Part shown: positions 24,361 to 37,600 of the stretch, in pieces
Layout of the letters: every line of letters starts with the position of its first letter
Numbering within the stretch: the stretch's first letter is position 1
NCBI RefSeq assembly: GCF_902652985.1
Contig: NC_047015.1
Location: forward strand, 43,028,001-43,092,000
From: Pecten maximus
Taxonomy: Eukaryota
Length of the DNA stretch: 64,000 bases
Direction: 5' to 3'
Made by a program: the position numbers and the translations under genes
The notes under the pieces: generated by a model
The model's input: the letters and a program-made list of their open reading frames with translations, nothing else
Databases searched by the model: none
What the model was told of the DNA's origin: nothing

Positions 24361-26776
24361 TTTTAAAAATCAGATTATATGTTGTGAAAAATCTACATAT
24401 CTACCCTTACTTTGATATAAATACTTTATTTTTATGGAAAACCCGAGTCAAGTAGTTAATTCATCAACAGAAAGCATTTATATACTAGTATACAACCAGT
24501 ATGATTTGGTGAAACAATCGTCGTATTAAAGGAAATCAAAGGGTATGACCTTTAGTGGTAGTGACGCTCCGTTTAGGTGCCATATCAACGGCTGTAAGGG
24601 CTTTATAATTATTATCGGAGACGAAAGGTTAATTATTTTTTATGATAATATGGACTTTTCATAAATCTATATTATATATTCCGGTATTTCACCATTTCTT
24701 TGTATTGTTTTGTTAATTACACTTTAATTATAATTTTTTTACCTCGCCTATTGACCTATCTTCGTCTTATTATCAAAGACCTAAAATTTGTCAAATCTTG
24801 ATTTAGGGTTCATTCATAATTAAAGGAAACATCACGGGTACGTCATCTTACACCAGAACACCATTTAGTCATCAACCGTCTCGTGAGCTCGTTAGCGCGT
24901 CATAGTACGGTAACCTATCAGGTAACATTGCATCAGTAACTACACGTGTATATATGTAGGTATTGGTCCCCTAAGGTAAGTACAGGTAGGACGACCAGTA
25001 CCACAGAACACGGACTTTATACCACACAGGTATGTAAACTTCCTTGTCTACCAATACTTATTGATATATATATTATAGATCTTTAATGGGGAAAAAAATC
25101 ATCATGGAACTTTTTCTTCCAATTTTATTCTTAAATATAATTTTTTGGATATACCAGTTTATTAATCTGTTAAACTATGTGCTCAGGAATCATAATTGGA
25201 AATACAAATAAGATATGAAGTAACCTGTAGAAATCATATTACTTATTCATATTTAAATGTGATATTAAATATACATATATCAATGATTTGTAAACATTTT
25301 TGCATCGACAATTTGCAACCATTTTAAGTTTTTCTATCAACCTGAAAATAAGCATAATTAAGTCTGCACACATGGGAACGCTCTTTTAACGTCCCAGACA
25401 TGCGTCTCGACAAGTTAACACTTTACCACACCAATACACGTCAATGTTATATGACAAGGGAGCATATTTATTGTACATATTTCAATATGACATTTGTTGT
25501 TATCTACTCATATGCTTTACTCCTGTTTATGAGAAATCGTCAAATATAATTATATGTACTTAATAACTTACGTCTAGCACAGATATATACTAAAAACAAG
25601 TCAAATGTAATTTACACTTGGAATAATTCGTGTTACTAGTATATTAACAATTCTATATACTCAATTTGCTCGTAAACCAACGTGTTTCTAGACTATCTAA
25701 TATTAACTGATGGCATTGTCTTTACAAAGGAACACGAGCAATAGCTTCAAATTCAAATCACCTGTTCAATTAAACCATATCGATAGTTTTAATTGTTCTC
25801 TGTATATTTTCAACACACGTTTTCGGTAATTCTATATTTCATGTTGTGACTTTAAGTCAATGCTATACACGGCATGCACTAAACGGTTTGGTCATCAGTA
25901 TCAACCCAGCTCATCTCCAATGTATAGATCTGCCAATGATGAAAAGTGTACTTTTGTAAGGCAATCATAAACTTTTGGCAATAAAAATGTGAAATGAAGC
26001 TCTTCGCGCACATTACGTTGAACTAACTACACTGTAAGGAATACTAAGGATAAAATAAACAAAACACACTAGGACGGCCCAAAGGAGATAATGGTCAGTT
26101 AAAAAACCAAGAAATAAAAACCCTGTCATGCCATGAGTAAGTTCACCTCATATTTCATTTTTAAGGCATTCGTTCAGGTCGATTATAAACTATTTTCTTA
26201 ATTATGGTGTCGGTGAAGCAGAAGACGCTTATCCTTACGGAATCCGTGGTCTTATTCTCTCTGTACTTTTTTGTGAGCTCCTTGTAAATAAATTCTTTGT
26301 TTGTAATGTGTCCTCGTTTGATCGACTTTAAAGTATAGAATATAAACAATGTTTTCTTGGCATTGTAAGCTATACGCGCGTGATAGATACTATATATGTT
26401 TTAACAGTAGCGTATTGCATTTCTTAATGAAGTCATTTGAGTCTAAATACAAACCAATTAGGGAAAAACTTATAAATCGTATAAAGCACACGAAATCTAA
26501 TCAAATGCATTATGCAGGAAGAATTAGAATTATTTCTCAAAATGTTTGTCTCAAAATAATGACATGTGAGATGCTCTAACCGGTGGTATTACCTTAATAA
26601 CAATAACAATGTATAAAAGAACTATTTATTTTGCAACTTCCATGAAGTAATCTTTAAAACAATTATGTAACACTGACAATCAATCATTAGATCTTCATCT
26701 CATAACCTATAAGAGATTTTATGATATTCAAAAGTATTTAAAGGTATTCAGTTATGTCCGGAAAAAGAGCGAAATC

Positions 26777-27150
26777 TATGGCAAGCCAGGTTGTCATTTA
26801 TTCACGGAGCAACGTTGATCCAGGATTTTACAAAATTATATAAGATATCTTATAAACTTTATAAGATATCTTATATAATAAATGAGATATCTTATATACT
26901 AATCTTATATTATATATAAGATATTTCATAAAATATATCAGATATCTTATATAAGATATCTCATAAACAATACAAGATATCTTATAAAGAAAATTAAATA
27001 CGATATCTAATATATTTTATAAGATATTCCACAAAAGATATCAGATATCTTATGTAATATATAAGATATATCATAAAAGATATAAGATATCTTATAAAGA
27101 AAATTAAATAAGATATCTAATATATTATAGAAGATATCTTATAAAGGAAA
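26777..27150 (+). mobile_element. Third copy of the AGATATCT-rich MITE family with an expanded ATAAGATATCTT array
   Basis: Left end TATGGCAAGCCAGGTTGTCATTTATTCACGGAGCAACGTTGATCCAG, followed by many AGATATCT palindromes. Confidence 0.65.
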
Positions 27151-28456
27151 ATATATAGTAGTATGCTTTTGGTGGAACATGGTATATAGGTGTACCGTAA
27201 AACAATTGATAAAAACTGAAGTTTCATAACCGGAAATCTAGTCATGATGACTATAAACCCAGAAAACTATTAATACTGACATTTCGTGATCTGTCTTCAC
27301 CTTTATCATTCCCCTTTCCACGTTCAAACGTTCCACAATTATGATTTAATTCCTTTACTAATTGGAATACTTGACCTTTAACAGCACGACATTAACTTTT
27401 CATCTTTACACCTGTATATCCAGGTAGGATAGATTAATATCAAATGTCATGCGTAATTATGATTAAGGTCGTAATTGCTATTCACATGATCAACGACTAA
27501 AGCATTTAACTTAGTAAAAAAAACATAGATATGCGTGAGCGTGTGTGTGGTTTTCGATAGTTATGATTTATCCTTGGTATGAAATAGTCTGCATATCCTA
27601 TTCAATAACTCATGCAGCACACGTATACAGTCCAGAGGACGAAGGGTGTCGAGATAAAATTTACTACCAGAAAAGAACATGATGGATAAATCTATGTCCA
27701 TTTTTTTTATAAACAAGCGACTAGTACAACATAATGATTGTAGACAGGAAATAAAACGAGACAAAGAGTTATGGAATTTCGTGTATACTTATGAGTATTG
27801 TCAACCTGATTTACCGTACAAAATTGTTTGATGTCGCGACCCCCATTAGAGTTCACATAATTGTACACTACATGCTATGTGTATAAAATCCTTGATGATA
27901 CTCTGAATAAAAATGTTGATGGTGTCACGACCATCACGATAGTTCAAGTTTAAGCCGTCAAAAATCTGTGCTGTATATTTTATATATTGTATACAAATAT
28001 TAATGCATGCAAGTATGAATGCGTTATGTTGATGTAGATGGCTGAATGCATCTGTGTAAAGGTTGTAAAGGTGTATAGAGTTTATGCATTCGTTTATTTT
28101 GTTGTAATAACACATGCCATATTTTTTCTCTTTCCTCCTTTTTTTTTGCTGTGCAGTGAGTGTAATGTTTTCAGGTAGATATGACAGTGTATATACTGTA
28201 TTCGCCTTAACTTAGCTAGTACTTTTATTCTCTGAAGCATTGACATTTTTAAAGTGTCCTGACGATTTTTGATTATTCTATACAAATAGTACTAGGAATA
28301 TGGATGTCTCTTTGTAACAACAGACCAATATATTGAGTTCACAAAAAATATTATTTTGCGCTTTGCGTGCTAAATATGGCGGATACTGTATTATACAGTG
28401 GATATATTTTATTATGTATTTTGCTATTAGCGTATCATATAATTATTGATAATCAA

Positions 28457-28646
28457 ATTTTCCTTTTCAGTGTTTGTCCTTTTCGTTTCTTTCTTCCTAT
28501 TAAAGTAAATGTGCCGTCTATTTTTTTTTTATTATATATATATTGTGCTATTTGTGTATTATATAACTATTTTCCTTTTCCGTGTTTGTCCTTTTCGTTT
28601 CTTTCTTCCTAGTAAAGTAAATGTGCCGTCTATTTTTTTTTATTAT
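28457..28646. repeat. Direct duplication with ~112-bp period
   Basis: TTTTCCTTTTC(A/C)GTGTTTGTCCTTTTCGTTTCTTTCTTCCTA..AAATGTGCCGTCTATTTTTTTTT occurs twice. Confidence 0.8.
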
Positions 28647-30273
28647 GGTTTCTTATTGGTGATACAGCATTTGCACACTTACATTGTTACACATTATAGT
28701 CTCCCTTTTTGAGAGTTTTTAGGAAATAATATTTATCCTTAAATAAGTCAAAAGCTATGTAGCTCTTCTCATGAATGTGTGCAAATGTAGCTCCCTCTTT
28801 GCTTTGTTGTGAAAATAATATAAATATATATACATGTAAACTGTATGAATGAGTCTGTAGAATGAATGTTTCTTCTTTTTTTTTATATATATAAAACGGG
28901 TAAATGGGACGAAATGAAATTGAACGTTTGAAAGATGTGAAAGAGACCTCCTGTGAGAGGCTTCATGTTGTAACAGGGGTGAACCCCTGGTCCCAACCCT
29001 GTCTTCCCAACTTTGCTGGGATAATGAAATTCAATTTGAAACCGAAAAAGACCTGAAGTCTAGAGGTGCGGGCTGGCAAAAAAGAGCACAGGATATTTAT
29101 TTTCCATCCCAATCGGGCTAGATTATTTATTTTCAGTCAAAGCAAGGTCAAGATATTTATTTTCATATTGCTTTGATAAAACCAGTATTAAAGTGATATA
29201 TTTTCCCCAAATTGTGACTGAAATAGTTTCCTCGTGTGTGATTGAATACAGCTCCGGGACCTGCTGTAGGATTATGACAACAGGTTTTGGGTTTCAATTA
29301 CATGTACTACCAAATCGGCAGAGAGAAATTACATATTATAGTGTGACTAAAGGTGGGGTCAACATATGAACTATAATCACATAAATGACTAGTTATTATC
29401 AATTCTGATTGTGTTAGTGGAATCCCTGCATAACCCCAAGTTGAGTGAAGGGGGTACCCTAATAAAATGATAAAAAAATTTAACAGGCTAAATTCTTTTT
29501 TTTTTTTTTAATCAATTGCAATACTTAACACTGTATGCAAAATTTCACAAAAATTTTAATGTATACAACCTTGCCAACTAGAATGATTGTAGTTGTAATC
29601 ACAGTCTACATTTTATACTTCTAAAATCCATATATATGTACTTTCTACAAAATTAATTTAAGAAATTTCAAAACCGGAAAATTACTTTTTAGCATGTCAA
29701 ACATGTCACTTATTATAGTGAAGGAAAGATATTAAACAGCGTTATCACAATTGGACCAGTACTGTATTCACTGTATAGCGAAATGCATTATCATTTGAAA
29801 ATAAAATGTAGCTTTGAATTAAATAAAAATGTATTGCATCAATACTACACAAAAGAATAGGACGCAAGTTATCACAACTTATTAATGTCCTCTCCACAAT
29901 ACAATTATACATGTGTAAAACTTAGCAATGGCCTGCACCATGCCGTACAAATTTCATATAGCATAAATAAAGCAGAACAGGAAAGAAGCAAAGGAGTAAA
30001 AGAAAGAAAGAGAAGCAAAGGGATAAAAGAAAGAAAGAAAGAAATATGCTGATAAATTAAATAGGAAACAGGAAACTTTTACTGACCATAATGTTCTTTT
30101 CATTGAAATCAAAAACGACAACCATAATATATTGAAACAGTTGTAAAACTTAAAAAAAAACTCTCTATAAGGGTTAAATGAACAAAGTATTACAGTGATT
30201 GGCACACTGCAGAAACAACAAGTTATGTAACGTACATAACAGATTGTACATTTTCACATTACAGATTTTCGCC

Positions 30274-33200
30274 ATGTCCATCGTTACCTGCTTGTGTTTG
30301 TGTGGTTTCCTGGGAGTTCTGGTGTCAGCTTTACCGGTACAACAACAGTCTGTCGCGGACTGGGTAGATCCAGGTAAACTATTATCATGTTTTATAAAAT
30401 ACTTTCTTAGTAGCTGAAACACAACTGAGATACTACCGATTGATCAGTACAATTATATGCATACTTAGAATTACTAATTTTCATGTTTTTTTCTGAGTTT
30501 TTAAAAAAAAATTTTTTTTTTTTTTTTTTTTTTTTTGTCATGATGCCATTGAAAGAACTCATCAATGAACCATAGCCCTATTAGACTGAACCTTACAATG
30601 TGCTTAATTCCTGCAATATTATCGTGTTATCGAAAATAAACACAAAAATCCATGGTATGCACTTTTTGAAAAAGAAACCCGACATTTTAAAATATATGTG
30701 AGGGCATACTATGAATTCGCAGTTTATATCGTTATGGCTTTTTTTAATGAAAGAAAAAAGTAAAACAATCAATTTTAACGAAGTACAAACGTTGCTTCCT
30801 TATACGATATTGACGTGCCCTTTGATTTGACCGTTTATGACCTCATTAGCAGTGAAGTAACACACAAGGAAGCGAGCATAATTGATTACCTAATAAATCA
30901 ATAAGTCAAAATGACATTAATTATTGGCAAAATCTTGCTCATTTTATTATTTATATTATAGAATAGACTGTGAACAGCTTCTAACACTGAATCACATGTT
31001 TATGGGACGGAGTGAATGAACTTTGACATCAAGCACACGTCAGTCCCGCACGTGTTCTATGTAGATTGTATTCGGTGTGTTATTTATCACCGGTTATATC
31101 ATCCTCCAATTAAAAAAAAACTTACGTACTAATGTTTACTTAAAAAATAATTAAGTAAATACCCGTCAATAACTGTTACAATGACGTTTACCACCCCCCC
31201 CCCCCCCCCCCCCCCCCCCCTCAAACAAACAAACAAAACAGAAAGAAAACCGAAGATATATAAAATAAGACTTTATGTAGACTATGTGAACTTACCTGCT
31301 AATTTCCCGATAATCGCCCTGTCTGTTTCTCGCTGTCATCCTGATACATTGCAAGGTGTGTGTGATAACTTCTGATGGAATATACACTGTGGGATACTAG
31401 GCTTATGCTGTATATTATTAGAAAATTTTCGTCATAATGTGCGCGGTACCCATTTCTACATGACCCTCTTCAACAGGGTCCTTTGAGGGACACCTTGTAT
31501 ATACATGTATATAAAAGTCTATTAATATTTCTGGGGTGCCATTATGAGATGTTCTTTGAGATATCCTGTTTTCATTTCAGTTGCTGAGGCACCAGGCCAG
31601 AGCTTCATTCCCAAACCAGATGGACAGCAAAATCAAAACCGCGTGTCACAAGCAACTTCAGTTGGGAAAAGAAATCTGAGACGCATTGGTTTCCAAAACA
31701 GTAACAATATCTTTTTCCGTGATCAACCAATGTCTGTACTTGGATCAGATGGTCAAATGTACTACGTCGGTAGCCAGCTTAGTCCAGCTAAGACTTCTCA
31801 ACAAGCCTCGTCTGACGGATATGCTATCTCTGCCACAGATAATTCAGTCCCACAGCCAACACTCGGATTCGGAACCCAGCCAGAATCCGCGCTCTCACTC
31901 TCAGGACAGCCGAGTCACGCAGAATCTAGTCCATCCCAGGCCAAGTTAGAAGCCGAGATACAGGCCATGAGGGCCGATCTTCTTGTAGATCCAACACTGC
32001 CCAATATCTTACCAACTGACTCCGTTCTTACAATGAATACCGATGTAACAAATAGTGAAGACAATTATAATGATGATTCAGATAACGAAGATGATGACGA
32101 TGAAAATGATGAAGATGACGACGAAAGTGACGAAGATGATGACGGAAATGATGGAGAGGATGACGATACAAATGATGAAGATGATGACGATACAAATAAC
32201 GAAGTTGATGATGATGTAAACAATGACGATGATGACGATACAAATGATGACAATGATGACGATACAAATAACGAAGTTGATGATGATGTAAACAATGACG
32301 ATGATGACGATACAAATGATGACGATGATGACGATACAAATAACGAAGTTGATGATGATGTAAACAATGACGATGATGACGATACAAATGATGACGATAC
32401 AAATGATGAAGATGATGACGATACAAATAACGAAGTTGATGATGTAAACAATGACGATGATGACGATACAAATGATGACGATACAAATGATGAAGATGAT
32501 GACGATACAAATAACGAAGTTGATGATGTAAACAATGACGATGATGACGATACAAATGATGACGATACAAATGATGAAGATGATGACGATACAAATAACG
32601 AAGTTGATGATGATGTAAACAATGACGATGATGACGATACAAATGATGATACTGATGGCGCAAATGATGAAGATGGCGACGATGTAGACGACAATGATGA
32701 CAATGCAGCTGATGACGTTGATAACGAGGACAGTTTCAATACAAATGATGAAGATGATGAAGACGTCAATGATAATGCCGATGACTTTAACGGTGACAAC
32801 GATGTTGAAGATGGTGACGATTTAGCTGAAGACGTAGATGATAATAATGCAAATGATGAGGACGAAAATGATGTAACTGATGATGAGGATGAAAATGATC
32901 AAAACAATGACGACATAGAAAACGAAGATGATGATGATGCAACTGACAATGGTGATATAGATAACGGTGACGAAGACGATTCAGACAACAATCAATACGA
33001 CGATATCGAAGAAGCTGATACTGATGCCGATAATGACAATGAACATGACGACAATGATGGAGATGGAGAGGAAATAGAACCTTTTGATGATAAAGATGAA
33101 GAGAATGAAGAGGATGAAGAGGAGGTTGAAGATGATATCGACGACTCTATAGAAAATGACATTGATGGCGAATCAATGACAGATGACAGTGCTGAAGAAA

Positions 33201-33584
33201 ACACCGCTTTTGTTGACGATAGCATAGACGACAGTAATTATGATGACGGTTTAATTTCTATGGAACAAGAGAGCGAAGACGACGATAATGAAAATCAATC
33301 GAATGAAATCTCTGTGAACGGTGTCGAAGATGAAGATTTACAATCAAATGAGTTAAATGAATTAGACGACGCGGACGCGGACGCGGACGCGGACGTAGAT
33401 GATGGCACCACAAGTGCGGAATTAATACCAGAGGATACCGACGACAACGATGATGACGATATATCAGAGGATACCGACGACAATGACGCTGACGATGATG
33501 ATATACCAGAGGATACCGTTGATGACGACGATGATGATGACGATGATGATATGCCAGAGGATACCGTTGATGACGACGACGATA

Positions 33585-33634
<50 letters not shown>

Positions 33635-33674
33635 GAAGAAGACGACGACGACGACAATTTACCATTAAATACAT
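30274..33674 (+). CDS. Secreted, extremely Asp/Glu/Asn-rich protein (candidate Aspein/Asprich-type acidic shell-matrix protein); 3' end lost in the gap
   Basis: Exon 30274-30373 encodes MSIVTCLCLCGFLGVLVSA/LPVQQQSVADWVDP (hydrophobic signal peptide) and ends at CAG|GTAAAC, phase 1. The acceptor TTTCAG ending at 31580 joins in frame to a >2 kb open exon 31581-33674. An acidic domain of ~540 residues contains only one Lys and one His. Confidence 0.85.
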
Positions 33675-34174
33675 NNNNNNNNNNNNNNNNNNNNNNNNNN
33701 NNNNNNNNNNNNNNNNNNNNNNNNNNNNNNNNNNNNNNNNNNNNNNNNNNNNNNNNNNNNNNNNNNNNNNNNNNNNNNNNNNNNNNNNNNNNNNNNNNNN
33801 NNNNNNNNNNNNNNNNNNNNNNNNNNNNNNNNNNNNNNNNNNNNNNNNNNNNNNNNNNNNNNNNNNNNNNNNNNNNNNNNNNNNNNNNNNNNNNNNNNNN
33901 NNNNNNNNNNNNNNNNNNNNNNNNNNNNNNNNNNNNNNNNNNNNNNNNNNNNNNNNNNNNNNNNNNNNNNNNNNNNNNNNNNNNNNNNNNNNNNNNNNNN
34001 NNNNNNNNNNNNNNNNNNNNNNNNNNNNNNNNNNNNNNNNNNNNNNNNNNNNNNNNNNNNNNNNNNNNNNNNNNNNNNNNNNNNNNNNNNNNNNNNNNNN
34101 NNNNNNNNNNNNNNNNNNNNNNNNNNNNNNNNNNNNNNNNNNNNNNNNNNNNNNNNNNNNNNNNNNNNNNNNNN
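33675..34174. other. Assembly gap (500 N, probably a placeholder size)
   Basis: Run of N. It must hide the end of the Asp-rich gene and the first LRRC45 exons. Confidence 1.
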
Positions 34175-34385
34175 ACAGCCTCAGTAGACCCTTGACAGTA
34201 TAGGTATACAGGACATTCAGTAGACCCTTGACAGTATAGGTATACAGGACATTCAGTAGACCCTTGACAGTATAGGTATACAGGGCATTCAGTAGACCCT
34301 TGACAGTATAGGTATACAGGTCATTCAGTAGACCCTTGACAGTATGGATATACAGGGCATTCAGTAGACCCTTGAGAGTATGTTT
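34175..34385. repeat. 36-bp tandem repeat (~5-6 copies) next to the gap
   Basis: Unit CATTCAGTAGACCCTTGACAGTATAGGTATACAGG(A/G). Confidence 0.9.
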
Positions 34386-34677
34386 TTGACTTCCATCGTC
34401 AGATTTGACCCTTGGGATGGAAGGAACTTGTCTATATTGCCATATTTATCGACCCTTCAGATTTCTGAGAATTAGATATTTGACTTCTAATATTGCTAAA
34501 AACTAAGGGTCAACTGGACGCCCTTAGTGTAGATTTTCACTATCAGATATACACTGTAGTTATTCATTTATCACACACACTCCTTTCAAGGGAATATGGA
34601 CAAGAATTGTTTAACTAGCTCATAAAGTCATACTTATCTAGTACCCAAAACATGTAACTACTTCCTTTACATTCTAG

Positions 34678-37600
34678 GGAAACAACATCCGAGGAACAGG
34701 TGTGGACTTCCTGGGAAAGATGTTACGACATAATCATACTCTTCTTAGGTATGGACAATGACTACAACGCCTTCTTCTTCCCACATTAAAATGGTGCATT
34801 GGTCGAAGTATAGGTGAACTTGGTACAGTCCAAACTTTTATAATTGAATTAGATAACTGTACATGATAACATTGCACATGATGTTAGATGTCATGTAGTA
34901 TACAGTGTTTATTGTATGTTTGACTAATTAACTGGTCAAGTGTTGTTTTCTGTACACAGCTTGTGTCTGGAATGGAATGCTCTGGGGATGTTGGATGACT
35001 CCTTTGCTCTGTTTTGTGAGGGAGTAGGTTCCAATGATTGTCTCCAGGCTCTAGACATTAGGAACAACCAGATCAACCACGACGGAGCTGCAGAACTGGC
35101 TGCGGGACTCAAGAGGAACAGTACACTGAGATCTCTAGGTAAGGTCACATGACCTATGTGTATGTATTTCTGTGTAATTTTGTAAATTTATTATCTAGTT
35201 GGAATTTTATGTAATAATCAAGCAGGAACTTGTCAGTTTACTTTAATTTCTTGAGGTCAGTATTAATTTTATTTCAATGATTTGTGTACAAACGATTATT
35301 TTTTGTCTCTGGACTTTGACCATCAACAGATTCTTTACAGATTTATAAAATGGAGTGTGTTCAATTAAATACATGTATATACACAACTGAATAACTACTG
35401 TATGTTAAGGCATGTTATAAATACCATACTCGACCTAGTGATTTGATTGGCTATTTCATTATATATTATTATTTTAAAATCTGTTTTGAATTACACAAGC
35501 TGTACTTAATTTGTTATATGTGTAGTTTATCAATTAGTGTAAATTTGTGATTCAGATTTACGATGGAACAGTATCGGACTGCTGGGAGGTCGTGCTCTAC
35601 TGGAAATGTTACAGACCAACAAAACATTATGTAGGATGGAGCTAGCCGGCAACAATATTCCTGTGGATATCTTAAAGTCTATTGGTAAGGTACCACTCCA
35701 GGTCAGAACAGTGACAGGATGAGGTCATTTACAGCTAACAGATCATAATAAAATCACTTAAAAAAGGAGTAGTGCAGTTAAAGAAATTATAGAATCTGAA
35801 GATCAAACAAAATGATCTGCTTTTTCCTGATTTTACAGATTTTACAACTCTGATATTTTCTTTGGTTTCTTCATTTTCCTATCAACATTCTAGGTTAATT
35901 ACTGATATTCCAAGTGTGTTGTGTTACAGAGACGGCCATTAGTCAGAACGAGGACCGTGCCCTAGTAACAGGAGAGTACAGTAAGAAGATTACACTCATG
36001 TCTAAACACATGAAACAGATGGAGCATGATAAGTCGTTACAGGTAGGAAAACAGCCATCTTTAGGCAGGTAAAAACATGTACCAGGTATTAAAGACAACA
36101 TTATCGCAAGTTAATACAGGTAAAAACATGTACAAGGCATTAAAGATAACATTATCGCAAGTTAATACAGGTAAATGTATGACCCAATAACATTTGATCT
36201 TGGAGAATAACTTATGTAAAAGCACATACTAAAATAGTTACATGTAATTGTTTTAGGAAAAATGCGACAAATCCACCATGAAAAACATGATGTTTTTTCG
36301 AGGGGAAAGAAAAAATGCGTTGTTCATGTAGCTTACCATCTGTTATTATTAGAAATTATTTTGAATCAAATTTGTTCAATTTCATAAACCCCAAATCCTC
36401 TTTTTTCCCCTTGTTGTCTCAGATGGGTGACCTTATGGATACCATAGACAAACAAGAAGAACTGCTGCGCCGATCCAAAAGGTAAAACAAAAATGATACC
36501 CAGTTACTCTGGTAGGTTACATACCAGTAAACAGCCTACCAGTGCATGCCTACCTATTCTATAAATCAAACCAGATTGCCTCAATAGACCAGTACAAGTA
36601 TGGATATTTATGAAATTTGTTATTTTGTACATTAATTTGTGTTCTCATAACAATAAATGTAGTATATAAGTGGAAAACCGTAAAAATGGAAAAATTCTCA
36701 GCTGGTTACATAGTACATGTACGTTGTTTGTACTGTATACAGATATATAAAAGAAACTAAAATGTATCTAACAAATTATTAAGAATTTATATATTTTGTA
36801 AATTAGTTTCTTTTACATATATATTGGGTTTAGATTACCAGTAGGTTTGTGATGACTGAAACAAGTACACAGCATGTCTATTTGGTGTTTAACACTAAAC
36901 AGAGGTGTATACTATATATTGATGAGGTGACCGAAATATATAAAATTCTTATGTTAATGAGAAAAACCCACACAAGGTAAAACATATTGAAATCATGATT
37001 TAAAATATTAGAAATGATCTATGCTATATTTGTAAAGTTAATTGGTTTTGTTAAACAGGTCAGCTACTGATAAAATCACCAATCTACAAGGAGCTCTGGA
37101 AGAGAGGAAGTCTTCCTTTAACTCTGTAGCTTCTAAGTAAGTACTAAAATATACCACACTTCCACTGATACTATACTTTGACCTTACTGTACAGTAGTGT
37201 ATTGTATTATACTATCCTTTCACTATACATGTCAAACCGCAGCCTCCCAAAACACACATACGCACTCACAACACGCATGCATGTCGCACGCACAGGAGGC
37301 CGTCCTTAAATGACCTTAGCTGTTAATAGGACGTTAAACAAAATAAACCACTATACATGTATATTGTATATATATGTTCACTTATCCCATACTTCCATTT
37401 ATAATATACTTTCACATATAGCATACTTCTAATTTTACAATTTTGCTATACTTCCCCTGCTATTCTACTTTCACTTGATAAAAAAGGGTATAATTTACTG
37501 AAGTAGCACTTTTAAACTGATAATATTCTACTGTTTATATACCCGGGTACTTACAATTATCATGTTTTATTTACACCTACTTGTAAATATGATTATAATT

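Noticed and set aside
31544-31580. ORF-track start MRCSLRYPVFIS for the 883-aa protein
   Set aside because: Intronic sequence before the TTTCAG acceptor. The real N-terminus is the signal-peptide exon at 30274.
32028-33674. His-rich, Ser-rich and Met-rich ORFs
   Set aside because: These are antisense or shifted-frame shadows of the GAT/GAC-rich Asp coding sequence.
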